The notes under the pieces were generated by a model. It was given only the letters and a program-made list of their open reading frames with translations, was not told the origin of the DNA and did not search any database. Made by a program: the position numbers and the translations under genes. A DNA stretch of 64,000 nucleotides, taken from NCBI GenBank assembly GCA_035305585.1, contig DATGOV010000029.1:605-64604 (forward strand), read 5' to 3'. Shown here one piece after another: positions 1-11,050 of the stretch. Position 1 is the stretch's first letter. Each line of letters opens with the position of its first letter. This stretch comes from Acidimicrobiia bacterium (GTDB lineage: Bacteria > Actinomycetota > Acidimicrobiia > Spongiisociales > ZC4RG35).

Positions 1-921
1 GGCTATCTGGCGGGCGAGGTCGGAGACGACGGGACCCCAGTCTTCGAGGTCGCCGGCTTGTTCGGCCAGGCCCATGAGGGTGGGGAGGTCGATTGTCAGC
101 CTGACCCCGCCGCTCGTCTGTGTCGGGTACGTGGTCTCTCCTGATAGGAGGGCCAGGAACACGTCGGCGCGGATCTGGTCCAAGCTCTTTTGGTCGCCTT
201 TTTGTTTGAGGTGGCGGGCGATGGCTTTGATCCGTGACCACGCCTCCGCGGCTCTGTCGGGTGGGAGGTGGCGGCCCACCAGGTCGGCGGTGCCGTCGGG
301 GTTCTGAGCGGTCTCTATCCGCCGCTCCTTCTGTCCGTGTTCGAGGCGACGGCGGGCAGCTTCGGGATCGATTTCGGTGACGAGGCGGCGGACCCGGCGG
401 CCCAGCTGGGCGGTGGTCAACCCCTCCGCCTCGGACAGGACCTGGTCGGTGACGGCGGCGGCTTCGGTGTCGTCGACCAGAGCCGTCTCCTCGCACAGGA
501 CCCTCGCCCGGGGCACGTCGATACGGCCGGCCTGCAGGGCAGCCAACACTTGCGGAAGGCGTTCCAGATCGAGGGCGAGCTTCACCAGAGAATCAGCCGA
601 CCGGGACGTGAGGGTGAGCGCCGCCGCTACCTCGTCGGAGACGAACTCGTCGACCCCTCCGGTGCGCTCTGGTGGCGAGCCGGCGACACCGGGCGGGGTG
701 TGGGCCAACTCGGCCACATCAGCCAACAACTCCGCCTGCAGGTACGAAACCAGACGGGAACGGGCCCGCATCAACTCCACCAACTGATTCCCGTTCAGCT
801 CCCGCCGATCGATCCCAGCCAGGCGCCAAGCCAAGAAAGGCCCCGGTTCGATGTCTTCCAGCCTTCCGGTGGGTGAGGTCGACGCCCCACCGGAAGAAGT
901 CTCCACCCATTCCCCCAACAT
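1..921 (-). CDS. DUF222 domain / HNH endonuclease family protein (13E12-repeat-like), N-terminal part; 3' end lies beyond the left edge
   Basis: My own minus-strand translation from ATG at 921 stays open to base 1. It is absent from the ORF track because it has no stop in the window. Sequence: MLGEWVETSS...LVELMRARSRLVSYLQAELLADVAEL...LTLTSRSADSLVKLALDLERLPQVLAALQAGRIDVPRARVL...VRRLVTEIDPEAARRR. This resembles actinobacterial DUF222 N-domains that precede an HNH nuclease. Plus-strand ORFs 268..876 and 377..787 look like its antisense shadows. Confidence 0.6.
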   Translation of the reverse strand, partial: MLGEWVETSSGGASTSPTGRLEDIEPGPFLAWRLAGIDRRELNGNQLVELMRARSRLVSYLQAELLADVAELAHTPPGVAGSPPERTGGVDEFVSDEVAAALTLTSRSADSLVKLALDLERLPQVLAALQAGRIDVPRARVLCEETALVDDTEAAAVTDQVLSEAEGLTTAQLGRRVRRLVTEIDPEAARRRLEHGQKERRIETAQNPDGTADLVGRHLPPDRAAEAWSRIKAIARHLKQKGDQKSLDQIRADVFLALLSGETTYPTQTSGGVRLTIDLPTLMGLAEQAGDLEDWGPVVSDLARQIA

Positions 922-977
922 GACCCCAACCTATCGGACCCCTGGGACAGAATCGGCGGCAGACGAACCGAACGCGC

Positions 978-2117
978 ATGTCTTGCCGTACTCGGAGTCG
1001 ACAGGCTCGTCTGCGAGAGGACAGGAGGAGAGTGGTGAGCACCTGCCCTTCTTCGGCCCCCGGACCGTTTCGATTCGTATCGCTGGCCTGGATCGTGGGA
1101 TTGGTGGCTGCCTGCGCCATGGGTGGTGACCAGATGGCTGTCGAAGTCGTCCCGGCTTCCGTCGCGCTCGACATCCCCGAAAGGCCCACACCACCGACCA
1201 CACCGCCGACGACCACACCACCGCCCACATCGACCTCGGCTGCCGTAGCGGCGGTCTCGAACCGGGCCGCTCCCCTACCACTCGCCGTTCTCGAAGTACC
1301 TGGCGCCGTGTGGAACGGGAGGATCGTGGTGGCAGGTGGCCTGTTCGAGGGAGGCGGGGAGAGCGATGTGACCTACTTCTACGATCCCGCGACCGATTCC
1401 TGGGAGTTCGGCCCGAAGCTGCCCACCGGCATCCACCACACGACGCTGGGTGTCCTCGGAGATCGCCTGTACCTCGTCGGCGGCTACGAGGCGGGTGATT
1501 TCGGACGGTCTCCCGTTTCGGCTGTGTGGAGCCTCGGACCCGATGACGACGAGTGGGCTCCCGAACCCGAGCTCGACACAGCCCGAGGTGCGTTGGCGCT
1601 CGCATCCACCGGCGACAGACTGATCGCCATCGGAGGTGTCGGACCCGACTGGGAGCAACTCGCTACGACCGAGATCCTCGAAGTCGGAGCCCCGGCCTGG
1701 GCACCGGGACCGGATCTGCTGGAAGCGAGGGAACACCACGCGGCGGTCGCCGTCGGCGAACGTGTCTACGCGATCGGCGGTCGGCTCGCCACCCTCGACA
1801 CCAACAAGGCGACGGTCGAGGTACTCGACGGGGACACCTGGCAGGAAGCCCCACCCCTGAACCACGCCAGAGGCGGCATAGCCGCCACGGTCGTGGACGA
1901 CATGCCATGCGTAGCGGGCGGCGAGGAACCCGACAGGACCATCGGATCGATCGAATGTCTCATCGGTGACGCCTGGGAGCTCGTCGCCGAAATGGAAGTA
2001 CCTCGACACGGGGTGGCCTTCGCCTACCTCGACGGCGCCTTCCGGGTCATCGCCGGCGGGCCGCTGCCGAACTACTCGGCCAGCACAGTGCACGAAGTGA
2101 TACCTCTAGAGCGCTGA
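978..2117 (+). CDS. Kelch-repeat protein, membrane-anchored with a Pro/Thr linker
   Basis: Recurring Kelch-blade motifs: GRIVVAGG, DRLYLVGGY, DRLIAIGG, ERVYAIGGR, PCVAGG, AFRVIAGG. N-terminal hydrophobic segment FVSLAWIVGLVAACAMG is followed by PTPPTTPPTTTPPPT. Exact start is uncertain. Confidence 0.65.
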   Translation: MSCRTRSRQARLREDRRRVVSTCPSSAPGPFRFVSLAWIVGLVAACAMGGDQMAVEVVPASVALDIPERPTPPTTPPTTTPPPTSTSAAVAAVSNRAAPLPLAVLEVPGAVWNGRIVVAGGLFEGGGESDVTYFYDPATDSWEFGPKLPTGIHHTTLGVLGDRLYLVGGYEAGDFGRSPVSAVWSLGPDDDEWAPEPELDTARGALALASTGDRLIAIGGVGPDWEQLATTEILEVGAPAWAPGPDLLEAREHHAAVAVGERVYAIGGRLATLDTNKATVEVLDGDTWQEAPPLNHARGGIAATVVDDMPCVAGGEEPDRTIGSIECLIGDAWELVAEMEVPRHGVAFAYLDGAFRVIAGGPLPNYSASTVHEVIPLER

Positions 2118-3002
2118 GTCGGCAGAGATCCGTTCGAGCGTTCGTCGCCCGATCCGGCTCATCGTCGGGTTCGACGTGAGGTAGTACCAGACGAGGCCGA
2201 TGGCCTGCACGAAGGCCCAGGCCTTTCCTCGCTCCCATTCCAGATCGTCGCAGCGGAGGTCCCGCCGAAGGATCTCTCGGCGATCGGCGTCGAGCATGTG
2301 CCAGGCGCCGACGAGATCGAGGGCGGGATCCGCCGGCCCGAGCCCACCCACGTCGAGGACTGCCGCCAGCCGGCCCTGCTCCACGAGGACGTTGCCGGGC
2401 ACGAGATCGCCATGAGCCATGGTGTCGTCGGACTCTCGCGGCAACTCCCGGAACCGCGCCCAGAGCTGCCGCAGCCGGAGGACATCGAGGAGGCCTTCAC
2501 TGCGCTCGAAGCAGAGCTCGATCCACTCCTCGTGAGCGTCGAGGGCCCCGCCGCGGCCCTCTCCGGAGAACCGCCGGCCGCGGATGTCGATGGCCCTCAG
2601 CTCCCAGATGAACCGCGCAAGATCGTGGGCGAATGCATCGGACCTCGAGGGGTCGCTCTCGTTCGCGGTCGAGCCGGGCAACCACGTCTGGACGGACCAC
2701 GGCAGTGGATAGCCGAAGCCGGGATCGCCTATCGCCACGGGCTCCGGAACCGGGAAAGACGTGTGTGCGGCTAGTTCCCGGGCGGCCTCGGCTTCCGACA
2801 CCAGCCACTGGCGTGTGGCGTCCGCATCACGCACCGAAACCAACGGAAAGCGGCCGGCCAGTCGGTCGCCGATTCGGAAGATGGCATTGACGGTCCCCGC
2901 GGAGCGGACCGGGGTGATGGGAAGGCCCGCCCATTCGGGGAACTGGTCGGCGACGAGCTCGCGGACCATCCCCTCTGTGACCGTCAGCTGCCCTTCGTGC
3001 AT
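2106..3002 (-). CDS. aminoglycoside/choline-kinase-fold phosphotransferase (APH family)
   Basis: Catalytic loop HGDLVPGNVLV and metal-site motif VLDVGGLGPADPALDL. N-terminus MHEGQLTVTEGMVRELVADQFPEW. ATG 3002 was chosen because the longer track ORF (to 3131) reads through tRNA-Ala. Confidence 0.75.
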   Translation of the reverse strand: MHEGQLTVTEGMVRELVADQFPEWAGLPITPVRSAGTVNAIFRIGDRLAGRFPLVSVRDADATRQWLVSEAEAARELAAHTSFPVPEPVAIGDPGFGYPLPWSVQTWLPGSTANESDPSRSDAFAHDLARFIWELRAIDIRGRRFSGEGRGGALDAHEEWIELCFERSEGLLDVLRLRQLWARFRELPRESDDTMAHGDLVPGNVLVEQGRLAAVLDVGGLGPADPALDLVGAWHMLDADRREILRRDLRCDDLEWERGKAWAFVQAIGLVWYYLTSNPTMSRIGRRTLERISADSAL

Positions 3003-3053
3003 GTAGACCACTTTCGTAGACCTCGAGAGAGGAGAGCTTGCCTCAGGAATCAA

Positions 3054-3083
3054 CGAGGGCCGCCTGATTTCAGGCGGCCCTCG
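3054..3083 (-). terminator. hairpin immediately 3' of tRNA-Ala
   Basis: Perfect inverted repeat CGAGGGCCGCCTGA / TCAGGCGGCCCTCG. On the minus strand it is followed by TTGATT and starts 3 nt after the tRNA 3' end. Confidence 0.55.
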
Positions 3084-3085
3084 GG

Positions 3086-3159
3086 TGGAGCTGACGGGAT
3101 TTGAACCCGTGACCCCTTGCATGCCATGCAAGTGCTCTGCCAGGCTGAGCTACAGCCCC
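3086..3159 (-). tRNA. tRNA-Ala (anticodon GGC)
   Basis: Minus strand reads GGGGCTGTAGCTCAGCCTGGCAGAGCACTTGCATGGCATGCAAGGGGTCACGGGTTCAAATCCCGTCAGCTCCA. It folds as a cloverleaf with the G3:U70 Ala identity pair and anticodon loop AT-GGC-AT. CCA is not encoded. Confidence 0.85.
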
Positions 3160-3202
3160 GGGAAGACCGTCAGGATACCAAACCAGCCAGGCGACGGAAA
3201 AG

Positions 3203-3544
3203 CTACGCCTCGGTGCCGACCGGCGCCTCCCAGGTGACGCGGGGTGCGTCCAACCACAGTCGCTCGAGTCCGTAGTACTCCCGCTGCTCGGGCTGGAAGA
3301 GGTGGATGACAACGTCTCCGTAGTCCAGCAGGATCCATTCCGCCTGCTCCACCCCTTCCCGGCGGAGAGGCTTGCGTCCCGCCTTCTCGGCCAGAGCCTC
3401 CTCGACACCTTCGGCGAGGGAGCGGACGTGGATGTTCGACGTCCCGGTTCCGATCACGAAGATGTCGGTGATGGCGAGTAGATCGCCCACATCGAGGAGT
3501 TGGACATCCAGTCCCTTCTTGTCGTAGATGGCGTCGGCGGCCAT
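3203..3544 (-). CDS. rsfS: ribosome silencing factor RsfS (iojap family)
   Basis: 113 aa. KKGLDVQLLDVGDLLAITDIFVIGTGTSNIHVRSLAEGV...DYGDVVIHLFQPEQREYYGLERLW is the RsfS signature. It lies downstream of nadD, as in most bacteria. Confidence 0.85.
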   Translation of the reverse strand: MAADAIYDKKGLDVQLLDVGDLLAITDIFVIGTGTSNIHVRSLAEGVEEALAEKAGRKPLRREGVEQAEWILLDYGDVVIHLFQPEQREYYGLERLWLDAPRVTWEAPVGTEA

Positions 3545-3600
3545 CCGGGCGATCTGCTCAGCTGAGATAGCGGCACTCCCTCCTGTTCACGGTCTCGTCC

Positions 3601-4197
3601 TCATGCTACCGGGACGCCTACCTCATCCGTATAGAGATTCTCGGCGACGATATACCGCCAGACGGAGTCCCGCACGAGGAAACGAATGGAGCGGCCGGCT
3701 GCGACCCGTTCGCGGATGAGGGTGCCCGAAACGTCGAGGGGGACCATGTCGAGCCATTCCACGGGCGTACCCGAGACCGCCGCTCGCACTTCGTCGGGGG
3801 CCGTGCCCGGCCGGGGGGCGACAGCCAGCCGTACCCGCGCCAAGACCTCCTCCGACCGTTCCCAAGTGGGTAGCCCTCGAGCGGAGTCGGCGCCCAAGAT
3901 CAGGGTGAGCTCGTCGTCGGGGTCGAAGGTCTTCAGTGTGTCGGCTGTGTAGGTCCAGCCGTCGCGGTGGACTTCACGCTCGTCGGCCACGAAGTAGTCG
4001 ACGCCTTCGACGGCGAGGCGGGTCATCGCCCAGCGGTGGCGGGCGTCCGACACTCTTCTTCCCGCCTTTTGCCAGGGCGCCCCGGCGGGCATGAAGACGA
4101 CCATGTCGAGGCCCAGTTGGCGGTATGCCACTTCGCCGGTGTGCAGGTGAGCGAGATGCGGCGGATCGAAGGTGCCGCCCAGGATTCCTATTCGCAC
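3601..4197 (-). CDS. nadD: nicotinate-nucleotide adenylyltransferase
   Basis: N-terminus (GTG start) RIGILGGTFDPPHLAHL carries the nucleotidyltransferase motif. About 198 aa, next to rsfS. Confidence 0.85.
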   Translation of the reverse strand: MRIGILGGTFDPPHLAHLHTGEVAYRQLGLDMVVFMPAGAPWQKAGRRVSDARHRWAMTRLAVEGVDYFVADEREVHRDGWTYTADTLKTFDPDDELTLILGADSARGLPTWERSEEVLARVRLAVAPRPGTAPDEVRAAVSGTPVEWLDMVPLDVSGTLIRERVAAGRSIRFLVRDSVWRYIVAENLYTDEVGVPVA

Positions 4198-4627
4198 TGG
4201 CCTCAGGATAGGGAACCAGCCGGAGGGCCTCGCTGACGGACCCGAAGCGGCACTGGAGGAAGGGGTCGGGGTCGACGTAGGTGTCGTCGAGTCGCACTGA
4301 CAGATGCACAGCCCGCTCCCCGTGGGCAGTTCCGGAGCGTCCCACCACTGTGCCGCGGGTGACGCGGCTGCCGGCCGCCACCGAGATCTCGGACAGGTAC
4401 GAGACAGAGACCTTGTAAGGGCCTTGGCGAATCGTGACCGTGGCGGTGCCCGCCACCGACCCGGCGAACGTCACCTCGCCGTCGAGGGGCGCGGCGACCG
4501 CACTCCCCGGGTCGGCGGCGAGGTCCACTCCCCAGTGACCGGCGTAGGCGCCTTGCGGAGCGTACGCCGCGACCTGTTGCCCGGGCACCGGCGCCAGCAG
4601 GCAAACCAGCCCCATTGCCAACCACAT
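3974..4627 (-). CDS. secreted LytM/M23-domain protein with a degenerate active site; the ORF tail overlaps nadD
   Basis: Signal-like N-terminus MWLAMGLVCLLAPV. HxxxD motif present (HWGVD), but the HxH motif reads HLS (AVHLSVRLDDTYVDP). The homologous part ends near 4200. The reading frame then runs 224 nt further, out of frame over nadD, as an Arg-rich tail. Confidence 0.6.
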   Translation of the reverse strand: MWLAMGLVCLLAPVPGQQVAAYAPQGAYAGHWGVDLAADPGSAVAAPLDGEVTFAGSVAGTATVTIRQGPYKVSVSYLSEISVAAGSRVTRGTVVGRSGTAHGERAVHLSVRLDDTYVDPDPFLQCRFGSVSEALRLVPYPEASANRNPGRHLRSAASRSPAHRRSGIPPTGPRHGRLHARRGALAKGGKKSVGRPPPLGDDPPRRRRRRLLRGRRA

Positions 4628-4776
4628 CGTCCACCCTCCCGAATCGACCTGCTGACCGGCCGCGCTCCCTCTCTCTCGGGCAACCTATCGCATCGCAATC
4701 GACGGTGGAAGCGGGTCGAGACAACGTCATCGACGGCACTAGCGTTGACTCGAAAACCTACGAACGAGGACATGTG

Positions 4777-6841
<2,065 letters not shown>

Positions 6842-6843
6842 GT

Positions 6844-6872
6844 TCCCTGACCGTCGCGACGACGGTCAGGGA
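6844..6872. terminator. bidirectional hairpin between convergent gap and the receiver gene
   Basis: TCCCTGACCGTCG / CGACGGTCAGGGA, a 13-bp perfect stem. It begins 3 nt after the gap stop and covers the stop codon of the minus-strand receiver gene. Confidence 0.5.
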
Positions 6873-7237
6873 AGCAGGTCCAGGACTGTCTTCCGGAACT
6901 CGTTCGGCTGGAAAGGCTTCGTGACGAAGGCGTCGGCCCCGCCTTCGTCGGCTCGACGGCGCGACTCCTCCTCGGCGTGGGCGGTGAGTACCACGACCGG
7001 AGTGTCACGAATCGCCTCGTCGGATCGTACGTGAGCGAGGACTTCCCAACCGTCCATGCCGGGGAGACCGATGTCGAGCACCACGAGATCCGGCGACTCT
7101 TCACGCACGGCGGCCAGTCCGCTCTTGCCATCGTCGCGGGTGATTATCTCGAGATCAGCCGCGCGCAGGCACACCTCGATCAGGCGCCGGATGACGGCAG
7201 AGTCCTCGATCACCAGTATTCGATGGCCCAATGCCAC
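6866..7237 (-). CDS. single-domain response regulator (CheY-like receiver)
   Basis: 123 aa: ILVIEDSAVIRRLI...DLVVLDIGLPGMDGWEVL...VVVLTAH...GADAFVTKPF. Receiver domain only, no output domain. Confidence 0.8.
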   Translation of the reverse strand: MALGHRILVIEDSAVIRRLIEVCLRAADLEIITRDDGKSGLAAVREESPDLVVLDIGLPGMDGWEVLAHVRSDEAIRDTPVVVLTAHAEEESRRRADEGGADAFVTKPFQPNEFRKTVLDLLP

Positions 7238-7320
7238 ACCTCACTCACAATCTGTCGATAGACATGCGAGACGTTCGCACCCGTGAAATATCGGCCACCT
7301 CACCCCCCGAGTTGAGGACC

Positions 7321-8778
7321 TCAATGCAATCTGCCCCGAGGACGTGAGCGGGGAAGGCTGAGTTCCTCGACGAATGCCTCCAGCTGACGAAGTGTTCGCA
7401 CTTCATGAACCCCCTCACACCAACGTGCGTAGCGACTCATCACCGAGTCCCCCGTATCCCAATAGCTGGGAGGCTCCGGGTTCAGCCAGTATACGGCCCT
7501 GGCCTTGGCTGCGATTTCGCCCAGCAACTCGTCCTGGGGCGGGCGGTAGTTGTTGCGGGCGTCGCCTGTGATGATCACGGTCGAGCGGGGTGTGACGTCT
7601 CGTCCGTACCTCTCGAGGAAGGTGGCGAGAGACGTCCCGTAGTCGGAGTGTCCGTCTTGGCGCACGACCTCCGCCTCGGAGGCGACCCTGGCCAACGCAT
7701 CGGAGAAGTCCGTCCCCGGACCGAAGAACTCGGTCACCTCGTCGACCGTGTCGATGAAGGCGAAGGAGCGCAGCTTCGAGAACTGCGTCGACATGGCGTA
7801 CGTGAACTGGAGCGTGAAACGGGCGAAGGTCGCCATCGACCCCGAGATGTCACACAGGAGGAACACCTCGGGCCGGTGGGGTCGGTTCAGCCGGAACTGC
7901 GGGTCGATGGGCACGCCACCGGTGGCGAGCGAGTGGCGCATCGTCTTGCGGAAATCGAGACGGCCCCGTCGCAACAGGCGACGACGCCGGGCGAGACGGG
8001 CAGCGAGCTTGCGGGTGAGCGGGACGATCGCGTCTTCGAGCGCCTCGAGGTCCGCCCGGGTCGCATGCATCAGATCGACGTCCTCGGTCAAGGGCCGACG
8101 GAGCGTGCGGGCGACAGCCTCTCTCCCCCGGTCTTCGACCAGACGTCGGCGTATCTCGTCCTGGATCGCCTGACGGAGCTGCTCGATCCGGGCGGCGACT
8201 TCTTCGTCGACGAGACGGCGGTCTAGCTCGCTCACCTCACCTTCCCGGCCGCGGAGAGCTTCCCGGAGCAGAGACTCGATCTCGTCGATGTCGAGGCGGC
8301 GGAGAGTCCTATACAGGTAGTAGGTGCCCCCGACCGGACGTCCTCTCTCGAAGCCCGAGAGCCGGTCCACCGCGCCTCCCACCGCATCGAGCAGGCTCTC
8401 CATGTCGGACTCCAGCAACGACTGGAGCAGCGAGCGGCGGAGGTCGTCGAGGTCCTCCTCGCCCAGACCCCCTGATGCTCCGCCCTCTCCCGGGCTGGAA
8501 GCAGGCGAGCCGTCGGGCTTGTCCTGGGTGCGGCGGGGCGCGGTGGCGAAGAACACCTCGAAGGCCGTGTCGAAGGCGGCTAGATGACGCTCGGACTTGA
8601 CGAGCGTCGCGGCCAGCGTCGCCTTGAGCCCCGCCCGGTCGCCGATGTCGATCACCTCCACCGCCCGCATGGCATCGATGGTCTCGACCATGGACACCGG
8701 CACCCCGGCGGCACGCAGCTCTCCGACGAAGCCGGTGACGAGCGACGTGACCGGGCTGGAGGCGCCGGGAGCCGTCAC
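7321..8778 (-). CDS. VWA domain-containing protein (CoxE-like partner of MoxR ATPases)
   Basis: The C-terminal half carries the VWA/MIDAS start VFLLCDISGSM, and later IITGDARNN. It overlaps the upstream AAA gene by 4 nt. Confidence 0.75.
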   Translation of the reverse strand: MTAPGASSPVTSLVTGFVGELRAAGVPVSMVETIDAMRAVEVIDIGDRAGLKATLAATLVKSERHLAAFDTAFEVFFATAPRRTQDKPDGSPASSPGEGGASGGLGEEDLDDLRRSLLQSLLESDMESLLDAVGGAVDRLSGFERGRPVGGTYYLYRTLRRLDIDEIESLLREALRGREGEVSELDRRLVDEEVAARIEQLRQAIQDEIRRRLVEDRGREAVARTLRRPLTEDVDLMHATRADLEALEDAIVPLTRKLAARLARRRRLLRRGRLDFRKTMRHSLATGGVPIDPQFRLNRPHRPEVFLLCDISGSMATFARFTLQFTYAMSTQFSKLRSFAFIDTVDEVTEFFGPGTDFSDALARVASEAEVVRQDGHSDYGTSLATFLERYGRDVTPRSTVIITGDARNNYRPPQDELLGEIAAKARAVYWLNPEPPSYWDTGDSVMSRYARWCEGVHEVRTLRQLEAFVEELSLPRSRPRGRLH

Positions 8779-9644
8779 CGCCGTGTCAGCTCGGCCGTCG
8801 CCTTCTCGATGTCCGACTGGTACTTGAGGAGGACGTGGAGGGTGTCGGCTACGACCTCCGTGTCCAGGTGCTCGACGGCGAGAGCGAGCAGCGTCCGAGC
8901 CCAGTCGATCGATTCCGACACCGAGGGCGACTTCTTCAAGTCCATCTGGCGGATGGAGCGGACGATCCTGGCGATCTGGCGAGCGAGGTTCTCGGGCAGC
9001 TCAGGCACCCGCGTGAGGAGGATCTCCTGCTCCCGCTCCGGATCGGGATAGGAGATGTGCAGGAAGAGGCAGCGGCGCTTCAGCGCCTCGGAGAGCTCAC
9101 GGGTGTTGTTCGAAGTGAGCACCACGAAGGGGCGAGTCGCTGCCGTGATCGTGCCGAGTTCGGGAATCGAGACCTGGAAGTCGGAGAGGACCTCGAGCAG
9201 CAGCGCCTCGGTCTCGATCTCGACGCGGTCGATCTCGTCGATGAGGAGGACGACCGGGGTCTCCGACCGGATCGCTTCGAGGAGGGGACGGGCGAGCAGG
9301 AACTCGTCGGAGAAGATGTCGTCCTCCAGCTCGTCCCAGTGCTTGTCCTGATCGGCTTGGATCCGGAGCAGCTGCTTCTTGTAGTTCCACTCGTAGAGAG
9401 CCTTCGACTCGTCGAGCCCCTCATAGCACTGCAAGCGGATCAGCCGCCGATCCCACATACGGGCCAGCGATTTCGCAAGTTCGGTCTTTCCGACGCCTGC
9501 CGGACCCTCGACGAGAATCGGCTTGCCGAGCCGCTCCGCCAGGAAGGCCACCTGGGCGATGCGGTCGTCGGCGAGGTAGTCGACCGTTCGGAGGGATTCG
9601 GCCAACGCGGCCGGCGAATCGATGCTGGGAACAGTGGTGGTCAT
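8775..9644 (-). CDS. MoxR-family AAA+ ATPase
   Basis: Walker A ILVEGPAGVGKT and Walker B VVLLIDEIDR. QCYEGLDESKALYEWNYKKQLL is typical of the MoxR/CoxD-like subgroup. Start was set at MTTTVPSID; the track start 9719 would overlap divergent trkA. Confidence 0.8.
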   Translation of the reverse strand: MTTTVPSIDSPAALAESLRTVDYLADDRIAQVAFLAERLGKPILVEGPAGVGKTELAKSLARMWDRRLIRLQCYEGLDESKALYEWNYKKQLLRIQADQDKHWDELEDDIFSDEFLLARPLLEAIRSETPVVLLIDEIDRVEIETEALLLEVLSDFQVSIPELGTITAATRPFVVLTSNNTRELSEALKRRCLFLHISYPDPEREQEILLTRVPELPENLARQIARIVRSIRQMDLKKSPSVSESIDWARTLLALAVEHLDTEVVADTLHVLLKYQSDIEKATAELTRR

Positions 9645-9718
9645 ACGCTCGGGACGGGGAAACGCCAGTCTAGGTGGAGTAGCGCGTCCCCAAGTCAGGT
9701 CTACCCTGACCGGTGACA

Positions 9719-11050
9719 ATGAAGATCATCGTCGTGGGAGCCGGCGCCGTCGGCTCCTATCTCGCCAAGCTCCTCTCCTCGGAAGGCAAGGACGTCCTCG
9801 TCATCGAATCCGACGAAGACCGCGCCGCCGAGATGCAGGAGGCGCTCGACGCCCTGGTCGTCGTCGGCAACGGGGCGTCCGCCGCCACGCTGGAAGAGGC
9901 GGGGGCGGGCAACGCCGACTTGCTGATCGCCGTGTCCAATTCCGACGGCGCCAACATCCTCGCCTGCCACACCGCCCGCCAGCTCGGAGCCAAACGGACG
10001 GTCGCTCGCATCGAGGACCCGGGGCTGCGGGAGGGCGTCGACCAACTCGGTGTGGACGTCGTGATCGACCCGAGCGCCACGGCAGCCCAGGAGTTGGTCA
10101 CGCTGGTGAGGGAGACCGGCGTTTCCGAGATGGTGCACTTCGCGGACGGGAAGCTGGTGCTCCTCGGCGGCATCGTCACGCCGCAGTCCCCGCTGGCTCG
10201 TCAGCCCCTCAGCCAACTCCGTCTCCGTAGCGCCGAGTGGGGCTGGGTCGTGGCTGCCCTCGTGCGACATGGGAAGACGATCGTCGCCCACGGCGGCACC
10301 CAGGTGCTGGCAGGCGACCACGCCCTCTTGATGACGACCGCCGACAACGTCGACCGCGCCATCGGTCTCCTCGGCCTGCGCAAAGTCAGGATCGACCGGG
10401 TCGTGGTGGTGGGGAGCACCCGGTTGGGCGAACTGACGGTCGAGGAGATGGTCAAGAACGGGTTCTCGGTCGTCCTGATCGACCGGGACCGAGGGAGGTG
10501 CTCGCAGCTCGCCTCGCGGCACCCGAAAGCCGTGGTCGTCCACGGCGACGCCACCGACCCCGATGTCCTCTCCGAACTCGAACTGGGACCATCGGACGCC
10601 GTGTTGGCCCTCACCGGATGGGACGAGGTCAACATCACCGTGTGCTTGGTGGCCAAGGCGCTGGGTGCAGCCTCGACGATCGCCCGGTTCAACCGCATCC
10701 AGTACGTGTCGCTCTTGTCCGGCCTCGGCCTCGACGCCGCCGTCTCCGGCCGCCTTCTGGCCGCTTCGGCCATCCTCCGGTTCGTCCGGCACGGAAAGAT
10801 CCAACAAGTGGTGACCTTCTCGGACACCGATGCCGAGGCGATCGAAGTGGAAGTGAGTGAGAACTCGCCCGCCGTCGACAAATCCCTGTTCGACCTGGAG
10901 CTCCCCCGGGGCGTGGTGATCGGGGGCATATCCCGGGGGGAAACCACTTTCGTTCCCGACGGGTCGACTCGCATCCGCGCAGGTGACCACCTGATCTTCT
11001 TCGCTCTCCCCCACGCGATCGAAGCGACTTCGGCACTCTTCGCTCCCTGA
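9719..11050 (+). CDS. trkA: Trk potassium uptake system NAD-binding protein
   Basis: Two RCK modules, MKIIVVGAGAVGSYLA and a second VVVVGSTRLG. 4-nt overlap (ATGA-type) with trkH. Confidence 0.85.
   Translation: MKIIVVGAGAVGSYLAKLLSSEGKDVLVIESDEDRAAEMQEALDALVVVGNGASAATLEEAGAGNADLLIAVSNSDGANILACHTARQLGAKRTVARIEDPGLREGVDQLGVDVVIDPSATAAQELVTLVRETGVSEMVHFADGKLVLLGGIVTPQSPLARQPLSQLRLRSAEWGWVVAALVRHGKTIVAHGGTQVLAGDHALLMTTADNVDRAIGLLGLRKVRIDRVVVVGSTRLGELTVEEMVKNGFSVVLIDRDRGRCSQLASRHPKAVVVHGDATDPDVLSELELGPSDAVLALTGWDEVNITVCLVAKALGAASTIARFNRIQYVSLLSGLGLDAAVSGRLLAASAILRFVRHGKIQQVVTFSDTDAEAIEVEVSENSPAVDKSLFDLELPRGVVIGGISRGETTFVPDGSTRIRAGDHLIFFALPHAIEATSALFAP

Noticed and set aside
268-876. 202-aa and 136-aa plus-strand ORFs at the left edge
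   Set aside because: They lie antisense to the open minus-strand DUF222-like frame, which has recognisable family features. The plus-strand products are low-complexity.
9645-9718. c-di-AMP (ydaO-type) riboswitch ahead of trkA
   Set aside because: The 74-nt divergent intergenic region is too short for that element, and no matching pseudo-two-fold structure is visible.
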